Shown: in pieces, positions 24,541 to 37,810 of the stretch
How the letters are laid out: each line of letters opens with the position of its first letter
Numbering within the stretch: the first letter of the stretch is position 1
Origin: Felis catus
Lineage: Eukaryota
Assembly (NCBI RefSeq): GCF_018350175.1
Contig: NC_058368.1
Coordinates: 21,516,001 to 21,580,000, forward strand
Length of the DNA stretch: 64,000 bases
Direction of reading: 5' to 3'
Notes under the pieces: model-generated
Database searches by the model: none
Told to the model about the DNA's origin: nothing
Seen by the model: the letters and a program-made list of their open reading frames with translations, nothing else
Translations under genes and position numbers: made by a program

Positions 24541-25704
24541 GAGGTAATCTCTCTTCTCTTTTGCAGTCCCTTTGTTCCCTGATGAAACCAGACCTCTTCC
24601 CTCTCAGGCGGAGGACCTGTATGTCTCCCTGCTGTCCTCCTGCAGAGGTAAGAGGCTGTGCCTGGAAGTTAGAGGAAGTCTTCAGGCCCGAACCTCAAAG
24701 CGGTGCTCAGGCCCAGCTCACCAGACTGTCCATAGCAAACGGCACTTTAATTCTCATTTGCTAGTGTTCCCTACATGTCTACTGCCCTCGGGGGGGATCT
24801 TGGCTGTGGCTGTGGCTGTGACTTGGGTAAGACTGCTATCTTTGGATCACATCAACATAATGCCTTCTTAAGACCAAAAGCTCCTTACCTATTTTTAACA
24901 TGTAGCATTTATATATGGCACTATTTTTGCTTAGGAAGTTAAAGTAATCATTTTTGTGTCTTTCCACAGTCTTCAAAATGATACTTTTTGATAACTACAT
25001 AATTCCATTAATACACTTAAAATAAGGTGTCTGTAAAGGAAAAAGAACCAGGGGGCAAACACTGGGGAAAGAATAAGAATTTCAAGAACTGAGTATAGTC
25101 TTGAATATTAATAAGAGAAGTAAAGTGAACCATTGAATCTTCCAATTAGGTCACTAATGATTTTAGGAAGAGAAAGTTAATCTCTGTCCCGGGGGCAGAA
25201 GTAGGCAAAGACAGCGAAGGAATTAAGATCACATATTTGCCGAGTGCCAGGGACTATGGTAGATGCTTTTCTTGCATGACCTCATGTGGAAGTTACAGTG
25301 AAGAAACCAAGCCTTGGAGTCATTCGCTAACCGGCCCAGGGTTGCCCAGATCAGTCTTCATTTTATTGCAGTCAGGAGTGAATGAGAATGAAGACAGTAG
25401 AGACAGGAAGTATGAATAATTCTTTCTGGAATCATGATGGGGAAAGAAGAGAAAGCCAGGTGTAAGGACATGGAATCACTTCTTTTCTAATAAAAACAAA
25501 GCTCAGTTCCTCCAAGGTTGACACTGAAAAAGAGCCCTCACATGACTGCAAGGCCAGAAGCAGAGACCGCCAAACCCTAAACCCTGTCCCAGAGATTCAT
25601 CTCTCTTCTGGGAATCTTGGCCTCATTATTTTTGCTCCAGCAAAGCCTGCTCAGATCTTTCTTCCTTTCCTATCTGAGACGCCAGCACAAGGTAACAAAA
25701 GGCA

Positions 25705-25921
25705 TTTTTTTTAATTTTTTTTAACGTTTATTTATTTTTGAGACAGAGACAGAGCATGAACGGGGGAGCGTCAGAGAGAGAGGGAGACACAGAATCTGAA
25801 ACAGGCTCCAGGCTCTGAGCGGTCAGCACAGAGCCCGACGCGGGGCTTGAACTCACGGACCACGAGATCATGACCTGAGCCGAAGTCGGACGCTTAACCG
25901 ACTGAGCCACCCAGGCGCCCC
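25705..25921 (-). mobile_element. Young felid CanSINE
   Basis: Near-consensus, CpGs retained, TSD aaaaggcattttt. Confidence 0.92.
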
Positions 25922-26597
25922 AAAAGGCATTTTTTTTAAATTGAAGTATGGTTGACACAATGTTACACATAAAAGGCATTTCCTAACATCCCATGGCAAA
26001 ACCAAATCAAAGCTAGAAAGTTTAAATGAAAGGGTAACGTTTCCTAACCTTGGCTGGTCATAGAAACTGCCCGGAATGTCAGGAGATTTGGATTCAGAAG
26101 GTCTATAGTGGCGGCCTGGCAATGGGTGTCTTAAAGTAATTCCAGTTTATCCTTAAATTCCTACAAGTTTGGGTATCACTGCACTGGCAAGTAACAGAGC
26201 AATAAACATAGTAACATACATCCGTGTGGTCTGGCTCCCAAGACAAAGCGTGCTTACAACCGTGTTGAGGTCCTCACCCTCATCTCATGGGTTTGATGCT
26301 ACATTGGCACATGCCAGCTTCTTTAAACTCCGATCTGGGCCCAACGGAGGGAAGCCCTTGGCCAAATCCCAAGGTGGCAAGGAAGGAGGGAAAGAGGGCT
26401 TCTTCCATTCTTAACACTTCCCAAAGAAAGACTGGGTCATTAGTTCCTAACCAGCTCACCAAAACAGGCAAGGCCTGACTTCACCCGCCCTGTCCCCTTC
26501 TTTCCTGTCATCGCTCCAGCAGGAGGAATGGTGGCAGCCTGATGGCAGCCGGCTCTCTGCCACCCGATCCTCAGTCTCACCACGAGTGAGTCTTAGG

Positions 26598-26737
26598 GAG
26601 GGTGACCAGACATCCAGGCTTGCCCGGGGTTAGTCCTGACCTACCACTCCCAAGAGCCCAGAGTCCTGTCTGGTTCGCTGTACTCTTTCATTCTCAGAAG
26701 GGTCCCCGTTTGGATGATAAATTATATAGTCACGCTG
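26598..26737. mobile_element. hAT-Blackjack-type MITE (MER81/MER94-like)
   Basis: Terminal inverted repeats agggtgacca / tagtcacgct (reverse complement agcgtgacta). Confidence 0.55.
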
Positions 26738-27497
26738 TCTATGAACGACGAGCTAGAACAAAAACAGGAGTGCACAAAAGCAAGTAGTAGTCTGCCAGCA
26801 ATTTACATAATGACTTCCATTTATCAAGCAAATGACTCTGTGACACCACACACATCACTTCAATTAACCCTCACAGCAACCCCGGGAGGGACAAGGATTT
26901 TGCAAATGAGGGAAGTACCAGGGTCAAGCGCCTTGACCAGAGCCATCCAACTATGAGGAGCAGAACTGGATTCAAACATCCATCTGCGTGACCCCAACTT
27001 CTGCCCTGAAAGGGGCCTGGCTGACTCTTCAGGGCATGTGGACACCGCCCGCCCCCCCCCCGCCCCGCCCCCTGCCCCAGTCTCTGACCCTGTGAAGAAA
27101 CAACTTTACCAAGAAAGCCGGTCACTTTCCACACTAAAGGAAAACTCTCAATATTCACATTTTCATCTCACATTTGAGAGTAGAAATCTGCTTCTGCAGC
27201 TGCTGTCGCTTGCTTGTTTCTGTAACCTGATTTGAAAGAACACTCCCAAGAGAAGCAACCAAGTGTGCAGAAGCACAGTTTGACTCAAATGGATCCAACC
27301 CGTTCGCAAATGGAAAATAACACTGAGGAATCAGTTTTGCATCACATGCATTGCCGCTTTGAGTTGTTCCTAATGGCACCGAGGACTTAAATGTAACCCA
27401 GCGAATGGATTAAAATCCTTGCTTTGTATTTGCATGATTTAATCTTCTAAACCTATTGTTCTCCCAGTAGAGGTGACTTTAAATTTTAGCTTTCACA

Positions 27498-27720
27498 GGG
27501 GCACCTGGGTGGTTCAGTTGGTTAGGCTTCCGGCTTCGACTCAGGTCGTGATCTTGTGCTTTGTGAGTTCAAGCCCCACGTTGGGCTCTGTGCTGACAGC
27601 TCAGAGCCTGGAGCCTACTTAGGATTCTGTGTCTCCTTCTGTCTCTGTCCCTCCCTGGCTTGTGATCTGTTTCCGTCTCTTAAAGATAAATAAAAATTAA
27701 AAAAATCTTTTTAAAATTTT
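27498..27720 (+). mobile_element. CanSINE
   Basis: ggggcacctgggtggttcag head and A-rich tail. Confidence 0.87.
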
Positions 27721-27844
27721 AAACTTTACTTTCATCACCAGATTGTCTGCAGTTTCCATTCCCCCCCCCCTTTATAAGACAAATGGGTGTTTTTTTGCAT
27801 TTTAATTTTTTATTCCAAAAGCACTCCCTTAATGCATTCTCTTT

Positions 27845-27845
<1 letters not shown>

Positions 27846-27880
<35 letters not shown>
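27846..27880. repeat. (CA)n microsatellite
   Basis: Directly visible. Confidence 0.95.
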
Positions 27881-27881
<1 letters not shown>

Positions 27882-28159
27882 CACACATAGGCTTAAGTGA
27901 CCTTTGATCAATTACTCCAGTCTCAGACCTGTACACTGTTACTGATTTGGTTTTTTGTCCTTCTAGATATTTTTCTACTCAGGAAATTATTTTCTTCTAC
28001 TTTCTGCCTTTTGCAATAAAGCTTCCAATATAACTGCTTTTCCCTTCCTCCCCTCAAACTCCGTCATGAGGAAGCAACTAAAATCTCAGAGGTTGAAATC
28101 TCCCGGGGAGTTGTGGCGGCCCCCTTCTCTCTGTCTAGTCTGTCCTTCACCCTGTTGAG

Positions 28160-31100
28160 TGCTTAAGAGCAAAAGCTCCAGAGTCAGACTTCTGGGCGTG
28201 AATCGTGGCTCCGTCACTTACTACCTGAGTGACCTTGGGCAGGTTCATTCATTCACTGTTTGTTCAGTAAATATTTATTGAGCGCCCATTAAGTGTCAGG
28301 GATATAATGGTGCACAAGACAATATTCTGACTCTTACAGAGCTTGTATTCTAGTGGGAAACACAGAATATAAGCTTATGAATGAATAGAGCATAATTCTA
28401 GGATGCAATAAATGCCATGAAGGAAAATGAAACAGAGTCAGGGGACAGATACCACCTTTTTCAATGTAGGTGACCAGAGAAAACTTCCCTGAGGACATGA
28501 CGTTAGAGCGGAGAGCTAAGTAAAGTCAGAGAACAAGCCATGAAAAGTTGTGAAGAGAATGGCAAGTACAAAGGCCCTGAGGCAGAAACCAACTTCAGGC
28601 GTTGGAGGAACAGCAGGAAGGCAAGTGAGCTGAAACAGTGTAGGCGAGAGAATGGTGGTGCATGAAGCATTCTGCTTTCCACCACCACCCCCGTCTTCTT
28701 ACCCCTGTTGTACCCCAACCCCCAAACTTCTGCATATCCCTGTAGTACCCCAATTCCAGCTCTGTGGGTCCGACAGCCTACTGTTTTCCTTCCTTTTTAT
28801 TGCTCCTCCCCTCTCTCATATCCTCACTTCCCTCCTTAACCAGCTTAGTTCCAAAGTCCAGTGTAGTAACTTCTCCCTTGCATAAACACTCAACCCCTCA
28901 GCTGCCCATCATCTTTCTTTCCTCAGACTTGTAACACTTCCTCCCCCAATCCTCGTCTTCGCTGACAGAATTCCTGTTTCGCTGAGAAAATAGAAGCAAG
29001 CCAGAGAGGGCTCCACAAGCTCCCACCTGCACTTGTCCGCCATCCCTGCCTTCCGTCCTGTGGGTGCCAGGGAGGAAGGCCCTCCTGCAGGTGCACACAC
29101 TCCATCCCTCCAGCCTTCTCTGGTGAGTGTCCTTCTTTCTCCCTCGTGGTGCCATCAGCAGGACTTTCCTCCACTGTCACAAGGCCACCTCCTGATGACC
29201 CACCTGCCCCTGCAGCCACCACCTCATGTTTCTGACCGTCTCTACAGCACAACCACTTTTGCTCACCACCTTCACCTTCTCTTTCTGCATCCCCGCTGAA
29301 CCCTTGCCAGCCTGCTGTGTCCCACTGTCCCACTGAAACTCCTCGTTTGCTAAGCCTTCCACGTTGGCGGACCCAATGCTGGATCCTCATTTCCCAGACC
29401 TGTGGCAGCATGGGAGCCCTCTTCCTGCACTGCCCTGGCCTCCATTATTGTTCCTGTTTCTGACTCCAAGCAAGGCTCCCTGCAACCACTCCTGCCCGTC
29501 TTCACAGGCACATCTCTGACCTGCTCATATTCCTCCCCTGCTGCCCACCCACTCAGTGTCCAAGTCCTGGGTGGGGCAGGGAACTCCAAGTTCCTACATG
29601 GCCTGCCCTCTCCCCAAACCACCCCCAGGACCTCTCTGACCTCTGCTTACTGCCATACCTTACTCTCTGTGCTCTAGACACGTCTGCCTCATTGCTGTTC
29701 CACAAACACGCCAAGCACACTCTTCCACAGGGCCTTTGCACTTGCTGTTCTCTCTGTCTAGAATGTTCTTCCTCCAGAATCCACTTGGCTCACTCCTTTG
29801 TCACCTTCATGTTTCTGCTCTAGTGTCACTTTCTTGAGAAGACCTTCCTGGCCATCCCCTCAGCCATCCTGGTGGCCCCTCACTGCCACTCAGCACTCCC
29901 TAGTCTCCTTTTCTTTCTTTTTTTTTTTAAGGTTTTTTTTTTATTAATCTCTACATTGTGGGGCACAAACTCATGACCCCGAGGTCAAGAGTCACATGCT
30001 CTACCGAATGGGTCACCCAGGCTCCCTCCTATTCTCCTTTTCTACTTCATTTTTCTCCATAGAACTTACTACTATCTGATAGCCTACATATTTTTTTTAA
30101 TTACTGTTTCCTCCCACTAGAATGTAAGCTCTATGAGTTAAAATTTTAAAAGACCACTCTTGCTGTGGGGTGGGGGGGTGGGGGGGGTTGCGCCTTAGTG
30201 GCTCAGTTGGGTGAGTGTCCAACTCTTGATTTTGGCTCAGGTTGTATCTCACAGTTCATGAGTTCAAGCCCCACATCAGGCCCTGTGCCCTGACATTGTG
30301 GAGCCTGCTCGGGATCCTGTCTCTCCCTCTGTCTACCTCTCCCCCACTTGCTCTCTATCTCTCTTTCAAAATAAACTTCAAAAACCTTAAAAAAATTAAA
30401 AAATTAAAAGACCACTCTGGGGAGATATAGGCACCCAGTTACAGAATGAATTCAGCATGGGGATGAAAGTTACGGCAGAGGGAATACAGTCAGCGACATT
30501 TTAATAGTGCTGCATGGTGACAGATGATGGTTACACCGTAGTGAGCACAACATCAAGTTTTGAGAAGTCAAATCAACTGTCTTGTACACCTAAAACCAAT
30601 GTAACACTGTGTCAACTATACTCAAATAGACACATTTTTAAAAAAGAAAAAGAAAAAGGCCACTCTGGCTGTGCTGTGTAGGGAAGACTGTACTGGGCTG
30701 GGGGCGGGGTGGCAGCTGAAGGGTAAGGCAAAATCCAAGCGAGATAGATAATGAGGCCCTGAGCTAAGGTGGGAAAAGGTTAGGGGCTCCTGGGTGGCTC
30801 GGTTGGCTAAGCATCTGACTTTGGCTCCGGTCATAATCTCACGGTTCATGAGTTTGAGCCCCGCGTCGTGCTCTCTGCGGTCAGTGCAGAGCCTGCTTCA
30901 GATCCTCTGCCCCTCTCTCTCTCTCTGCCCCTTCCCTGCTCCTGCTCTCTCTCTCTCTCTCTCTCCCTCTCTCTTTCTCTCTCTCAAAAATAAATACACA
31001 TTAAAAAATATATATGAAAAAAAAGGTCAGAGTTTTGGATATATTTTGGAATTATCACAGACAGAGAGAATTTGTTATAAATTGGATGAGGGGTCTGAGA

Positions 31101-31270
31101 GACAAGAGGAATTTGGTTTGGGGCCTCGGTGCTTTCTGAGATTGTTTCCCTAACTGTAAAATGGGGACAATTAGAATGCCCCCCTTGTGGAACTGTTGCA
31201 GAAAGGGGTAGAAGACATCCAGTCTCACGCAGCGTTGGGCACGTAGTAAACGCTCAGTAAACGTTGGCGC
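28160..31270. mobile_element. Composite of MIR and L2 fragments (both orientations), an L1 3' end (about 30420-30650) and CanSINEs (29925-30025 -, 30170-30410 +, 30783-31025 +)
   Basis: L2 3'-end motifs ttcattcattc ... tatttattgagc and cccactagaatgtaagctc; pyrimidine-rich L2 body; SINE heads visible. Confidence 0.65.
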
Positions 31271-32289
31271 TTATTACGGCCCCAAGATGACTGTGTTTCC
31301 CTGCTTCCTGGGTAAATAGGATTACAGAAATATCCACCCCACAGAGACTGAGGAAACAAAACACTTTTTGTCGAGCGCACCCTCCCCTCCCGAGGGATAG
31401 GCTTTTACTTTATTTAACAGAATACTTAACATTAGTGTTGGAACAGTTTACTTGCACACAGATACATAAAAGGATTCCTCACATTTCAAAAGACTCCTAA
31501 ATCGCCTTTAAGTAGTGTTTGTCCATTCGATACTTAGCAGGAAGAGTAACTAAACGCTGAAATTACAAACCTCTGCCGATTAAAAATCAATCCAAATGTA
31601 AGAAAAGTACATCTGAAATAATAATGATTTTTCAGGTATTTGCTGCATTTTAATACACTAGATGCTAAAATACCACACTGTCTGGTTCAATACCTGGCAA
31701 CACTCTGTCAGTGTAACTCAGCTTTCTGCAAAGGCAACACCCAGCCCTTTTTGGCTGCCTTGGCCTGTCCTCATTTCCCCCTGGAAAACTGTTTTAAACC
31801 TAGTACAGATAACATTCTGCCTGTCTTACAATTAGCAGCTTCTCTCAATGGGTCAGCTGGTCTCACAAGTGCTTCTGTGGGCTAGCCCTGCATCTTCTTT
31901 CAAAACCTCTCAAAGGCAGCCTCCAGGTTGCCCGTGAAAAGCTGCCTGTGGGGAATTTAGGGGCTGCTCTGGGACCTTCAGGGACTTTCCTGCTAGCATC
32001 TCTGTCCCACCAGAACTCCCTGATTATTATCTCCGTGATGATTATTCCCCCCACTCATTGGTAGAGCAGCCATTCTTCTTCTTAGCCGCCAGGCACCCTG
32101 GGAGATTGGTGAGGAGTCCCAAAATCTGAGGCGCCTTTCCTCCCTGCCCCATAACTGAACTTCTCCTTAAATGCTTATACTACCTGGGAACCTGAAAAAA
32201 TAACCTTAATTTTGAACTGGAGCTGAAAGAATTTGCCCAGTGGCTGGGTCTCTGCTCCATGACCTCCAGACTCAACTGGAAAAGACACT

Positions 32290-32504
32290 TGCTTCTGAAA
32301 GTAGGGTCTTAGATGGACCAGCAGGCTCACCAGGAAACTTGTTAGAAATACAGAATCAGGGGCGCCTGGGTGGCGCAGTCGGTTGAGCGTCCGACTTCAG
32401 CCAGGTCACGATCTCGCGGTCCGTGAGTTCGAGCCCCGCGTCAGGCTCTGGGCTGATGGCTCAGAGCCTGGAGCCTGTTTCCGATTCTGTGTCTCCCTCT
32501 CTCT

Positions 32505-32539
<35 letters not shown>

Positions 32540-32712
32540 TTCATGCTCTGTCTCTCTCTGTCCCAAAAATAAATAAAAACGTTAAAAAAAATAAAAAAAA
32601 AAAAAAAAAGAAATACAGAATCAGAGGTGGCATTCTGGGCCTGTTGAATCAGAATCTGAGTTTTAACACGACGCCCAGGTAATTCCCACACATCTTCAAG
32701 TTGGAGAAGCCA
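32290..32712. mobile_element. MER5A-like hAT MITE interrupted by a young SINEC_Fc (32359-32608, +)
   Basis: cttgttagaaatacagaatc ... tgaatcagaatctg ... ttggagaagc MER5 motifs; SINE TSD agaaatacagaatcag 32344-32359 / 32609-32624. Confidence 0.8.
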
Positions 32713-32808
32713 GAGAAGTGATCTGGCCCCTCCCTTCCTGCTTGCTACGGAGAATTCTTGTGTTCTGTTTAAGGGACTTTAAGCCCCAGCCTACTACATT
32801 GTGCTCAC

Positions 32809-33003
32809 TTTCCTTCCTTCCTCCCTTCCTCCCTCCCTCCCTCCCTCCCTCCCTTCCTTCCTTCCTTCCTTCCTTCCTTCCTTCCTTCCTTCCTTCCTTT
32901 TCTCCCTCCCTTCATTCCTTTCTTCCTTTCTTTCTTTCTTGATCTCTATACCCAATGTGGGATTCAGGGTTGCATGCTCTATCAACTGAACCAGCCAGGC
33001 TCC
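32809..33003. repeat. (CCTT/CCCT)n tract forming the tail of a short minus-strand CanSINE
   Basis: Directly visible. Confidence 0.85.
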
Positions 33004-34924
33004 TTGTTTTCACTTTTCACTGAATCCGGAGCCCAGGACTTCCCATACCTACTCTGCCCTCCACCCTCACAGTCTTTGTTTGTTTGTTTGTTTGTTTGTC
33101 TGTTTGTTTGTTTTTATGGACCCCTTTCCCTTCTACAGCCCTGTTCCTCCACTCAAGGCTCCGCTCCTGGGGCATTCCCTGGAAGGCAGATTTTTCTGCT
33201 GTGCTTCTCCCAAAGTAGAGCCTGTGATACCAATCCGAGGGTCCCCTCTTCTGCACCTCTTAGAGCTGCCTTAACCTATCCAGTGACAGTCCCTTAAAAC
33301 TGGGCCACACTGCCCCCCGCCCTGGTCTTTGGATGGATGTGAGAGGTCTCACGCAGAGCAGGGGACTTGCCAAGGCTTACTCTGAAGTTGAGACCTCCCA
33401 GCCTTCCCCCACTGCATGGACATACTGTTCCTTTTCCCTGCCAGCTAGTCCTTACAGCCTCAACAGAGAAGCAGAACACAAGTAAAGGCTACCTTCAAGT
33501 GGAGACACCCAGGAAGGAGGGGGATGTGGACCGACAACCAGCTTCAACCAGCTTCGGAAAAAGAGTCAGGACTCCTTGGAAACTAGCCAGCAGGAGGAGC
33601 GGGTACATTTAAAATGCTCCAAGCACTTGATTCTTTGAAGATTTGAGGATTTGAGTTTAGGGTTGTTTTTAAGCTTTCCAAATGAGAAAAAAAAAATTAT
33701 CAGAAACCTTTTCTGGACGTTGGAAACTAGAGGCTCTCCTAAAATACCAACGTAAGGCTTCTTGGCTCTCAATCTAGTGGTCAGGTTATTTAACCACACA
33801 TTCTTTCCCACACCTTTATCATTTATTATGCAACCGATTCCCATCCCAAAAGGTATATTAAAAGCCAACTTCCAATCTTTTAAAAAAAGTGCCCTTGGAA
33901 TGTTATCCTTATTATTAAAATAGTGTCTTTCCAAATTTTTATTCAGCAGACAATTATTACAGGACTTTTTATGTACAAGCACTGTCCTAGGAGGCTTACA
34001 AAAATTAGCTCATTGGATCCTTAAAATAATCTAATAAAATATGTACTGTTATTAACTATGTTTATAGATGAGGAAATTAAGTCACAAAGAGGTTAAGTAA
34101 CTTGCTTATGGTCACACAGTTAATAAGGACAGAACCAGAATTCATATCCAGAAAGTCTGGGTGGGTCACAGTCATATGCTGAATCACTAGACTCTGCTGC
34201 CTCTTTAAAGGCCTGGGTATGTGTGTGTGTGTTTATTTATATTTATATTTTAAATTTAATTTCAATTTTATTTATATGTAAATATAAAATATAGTTTATT
34301 TACTATACAATACATATATGACCTATTTTTTACATTTACATATTACGTATTTTTATATGTATATTATATACATACATAAATCTATATGAGAGAGAGTGTG
34401 AAAGAGAGATAGAAGGATTCTAGATGCAGTTTTTCCAAATGGCCACCTTTCCACGTGTTTTCAAAACATGCCTAAAACCCAGTTTTGAAAGAAGTATACT
34501 TTTTCTATAGACATATCCTCTTGAGGAGTCTAGAGGACTGTTTCACAAACTTCAGCTTCCCCATCTGAGAAATGTGCTAGCTGGATTAAAGGAACTAGTT
34601 TGTCAAATGCGTGTAATGAGCCCTTCAACTTTAAAATTATTAAAATTTCCTGAAAAAATATCCAGGTAATTTTTCCTCTTTAAGTTTGATTCTACCAGAG
34701 AGGTCATGGCTTAGTATTCCTTAAGCTAATTCCGGCCTGTTCTTGTGCCCTTGGACTGAACATAACCCAGGCTTGTTCTGTACAGTTGGTAACGTCTTAA
34801 TGCGTATGTGCCAGGTTTAAGTTTAAATTTCTGTAGTCTCAGCTCAGGCCTTGGGTTCACCCAAAAGGTAACGCTCCAGTAAACAAGCCCGGGCAAAGGA
34901 ACGGCGTTCTAGCTACTGATGCAA

Positions 34925-34943
34925 GTCCGCCCTCTGCTGGCCT
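34925..34943 (-). promoter_or_regulatory. CTCF core motif
   Basis: Reverse complement aggCCAGCAGAGGGCGGac matches CCASYAGRKGGCRS. Confidence 0.6.
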
Positions 34944-35469
34944 TATGGAGGTGATGCGGCCTCATGAAGGGACCTCTTCCCCTCCTGGGTACAGCCCAGC
35001 TTTAGCCTTTCCCCTCCTCCTGTAGCATTCCTACGAAGCAACATTTGTTTAGCACATATCCTGAGCTAGGCACAAGTGTGCTTAGGGCTGGAGAGCAAAG
35101 ATAAATAAAACTGTCGCAGCCTTAAAGGATCTCACAGTCTATCGGGGCACACCCAAATCAGATCATTATAATTCAACTTGAGAGTTGTGTTACTAGAACT
35201 GTGCCTCCTGTACCATAAGTTTGCAACCACAAGTGGCATACAAGAGCCCAAATCAAACACCACAGTACAATGCCCTTTTGTTAGGGAGGGAGGACTATGA
35301 CTCATTCTAGCATTTTCTCTGTGCACAGAAACAGACGACCTGCATAGGAACAATCTGGCTAACCTATGTTCCCTTAGAGACCCAGGCTACCTGGGAGTTG
35401 TCCTGACCATCCCCCCTCCAAGATGGGTGTGGGAGGGGATGCAGAGAAAGGTCAGGATTTGAGAGAAGG

Positions 35470-35500
<31 letters not shown>

Positions 35501-35730
35501 GAGAGAGAGAAGAATAGGGGCCAGGAGATACCTAAGTGGCTCAGTCGGTTAAGCACACGACTTTGACTCAGGGCATGATCTCACAGTTGGTGAGTTCGAG
35601 CCCCTGTATGGAGCTCTGTGCTGACAGCTCAGAGCGTGGAGCCTGCTTCAGCTTCTGTATCTCCCTCTCTCTCTGCTCCTTCCCTGCTGGTACTCTCTCT
35701 TAAAAATAAACAAACATTAAAAAAAAAAAT
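35470..35730 (+). mobile_element. (GA)n plus CanSINE (35525-35730)
   Basis: aataggggccagg on both flanks of the SINE. Confidence 0.85.
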
Positions 35731-36571
35731 AGGGGCCAGGAGGATACCTATGCATTACCACATTAAATGAATAAGTGCCTTTAAAATATACAACCAAGAT
35801 CTTTGACTTTTAGTAAGGAGATTCTAGCTTATCTTCCCAACTAGATTTTGTTGGATTTTGTTTTTTTGATAGAATTTCTCTGGTCATGTTTTTGAAACTA
35901 GGCCAGGAGACTTCCTGACTTTCTAAAATATAAAAATTACCTCTGCTCCTCTTCTCAAATGTAAATCAGACTCTGGACATACCCAGCAACCCTGTGTGCC
36001 TTTTAGTTAACTTTGTCTCCTCTAGCAATGATTTCCTTTCCTTTCACTTTAAAAGAAAGTCCTGCTGTTAACAAATATGCTATACAAGCCAAGTGAGGGG
36101 AAGAACTTGGAGGAAGAGGAAGAACACGTTTTCCTTAATTTCTTCTCAAAATACATGAGGGGACAAAATAAAAGAGAAATAAAGACGATAAATATGTCAC
36201 TCAATACAGTAGTCACTCTGGACAAATTTCTTTAAACCAAGATCTAAAGGAACAGCCATCATAGCAACAAATAGTGGACGTAATTACAAATGAAGACCTT
36301 GGATGAAATCTCTAAAACAGTTCTCACAAAGGTGTAGTTCACAAAAATCTATGCAGAAGAGAGAAAGAAAAGACAAAATTGGAACCTCATGAGAGTCGAG
36401 AAAAAAGCACAAGGGAGAAGGGAGACAGGAGAAGGTTGGGGAAACAGAGAGGAATATGAAGTATGAGTAGCCACAGGGCAGGGGCTGCACCATGATGAAC
36501 ATCTTACATTTACAATTAAAATGTAATACATGTCATTGAAAAAAGCAGACTAATGAGAGTAGAGCTTAAAT

Positions 36572-36573
<2 letters not shown>

Positions 36574-36631
<58 letters not shown>

Positions 36632-36633
36632 AC
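36574..36633. repeat. Compound (CT)n(CA)n microsatellite
   Basis: Directly visible. Confidence 0.95.
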
Positions 36634-37038
36634 GCAGGCAAATACGTGACAAATGCAGGCAACACAGAAGTCCATAGAGTGGAAAGTGAAAGCCCCTTCC
36701 CCCCACGCCCACCCTCTCAAACAGGTGCCTCTAATGGAAGTGGGAGGGGTGCAGAGGGAGGTGCAGGTGGGAGGCAGTGAGCACCTAAGGCAAGTGGCCA
36801 CACTCTGACCTGCTGAAGCCCAGCCCAGGATACTTGTGGTTAACCCAAGTGTTTTCAGCCAATGGCTTAACAGAAAATGCTTAGACAGGCTTCCTGCCCC
36901 TGAAAATCCTCACCTAATTCTCAGCAAATGTGAGCCCTATTACCAAACAACAACAACCCCCACCCCAATTTTATGCAATCAACAAAATCAAAACCTAAAT
37001 TTTTATGCATGTCTGAAATGTTAAGAATGGACCTGTAA

Positions 37039-37810
37039 GGGGGCGCCTGGGTGGCTCAGTCAGCTATGCGTCCGGCTCTTGATTTCAGCTCAGGTCAATG
37101 ATCTCGTGAAGTCGGCTTCAGGCTCCGCTTTGACAGCACGGAGCCTGCTTGGGATTCTCTCTTCCTCCCTCTCTCTCTGCCCCTGCCCTGCTCTCTCTCT
37201 CTTTCTCAAAATAAGTAAACTTCAAAAAATAATAAAATGTTTTTAAAAAGAATGTACCTGTAGAAATTTTAAACATAGCACATTAAGCTTTGTGAAGTAA
37301 ACTGAGTGAAAGTGTGTAAAACAAATACACAAATGTCACTGTAATGACCAAGGTAGCTGGTAGGTAGTGGTTAACAGCTGACCAGAAGGTTCACCTGGTT
37401 ATATCATATTTATTCTTCTTTTTTCTGCCCTAATTCAGGGGAGGTAGGATGGTAGGAGGTAGTGAGGATAAGGATGGGGTAGAGGGGACGGTACACTAAT
37501 GTGTTGTGCCTGGTGATAAATTCAAACGTGTTGAACTTCCACAGTTATGTTAGAATTTCATACATCTTGTAGAAAGGTTTAGATAGTATTTTCTTTAAAA
37601 AATTTTTTTTAACGTTTATTTATTTTTGAGACAGAGAGAGACAGAGCATGAATGGGGGAGGGTCAGAGAGAGGGAGATACAGAATCCGAAACAGGCTCCA
37701 GGCTCTGAGCTGTCAGCACAGAGCCCGACGCGGGGCTCGAACTCACAGACCGTGAGATTGTGACCCGAGCCGAAGTCGGCCGCTCAACCGACTGAGCCAC
37801 CCAGGCGCCC
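37039..37810. mobile_element. Two CanSINEs: 37039-37240 (+) and a young copy at 37595-37810 (-)
   Basis: Heads visible; TSD ttagatagtattttct around the second copy. Confidence 0.88.

Noticed and set aside
26525..33330. Additional CTCF-like words (cagcctgatggcag near 26535; ccagggcggggggcagtg on the minus strand near 33308)
   Set aside because: Mismatches in the core positions.
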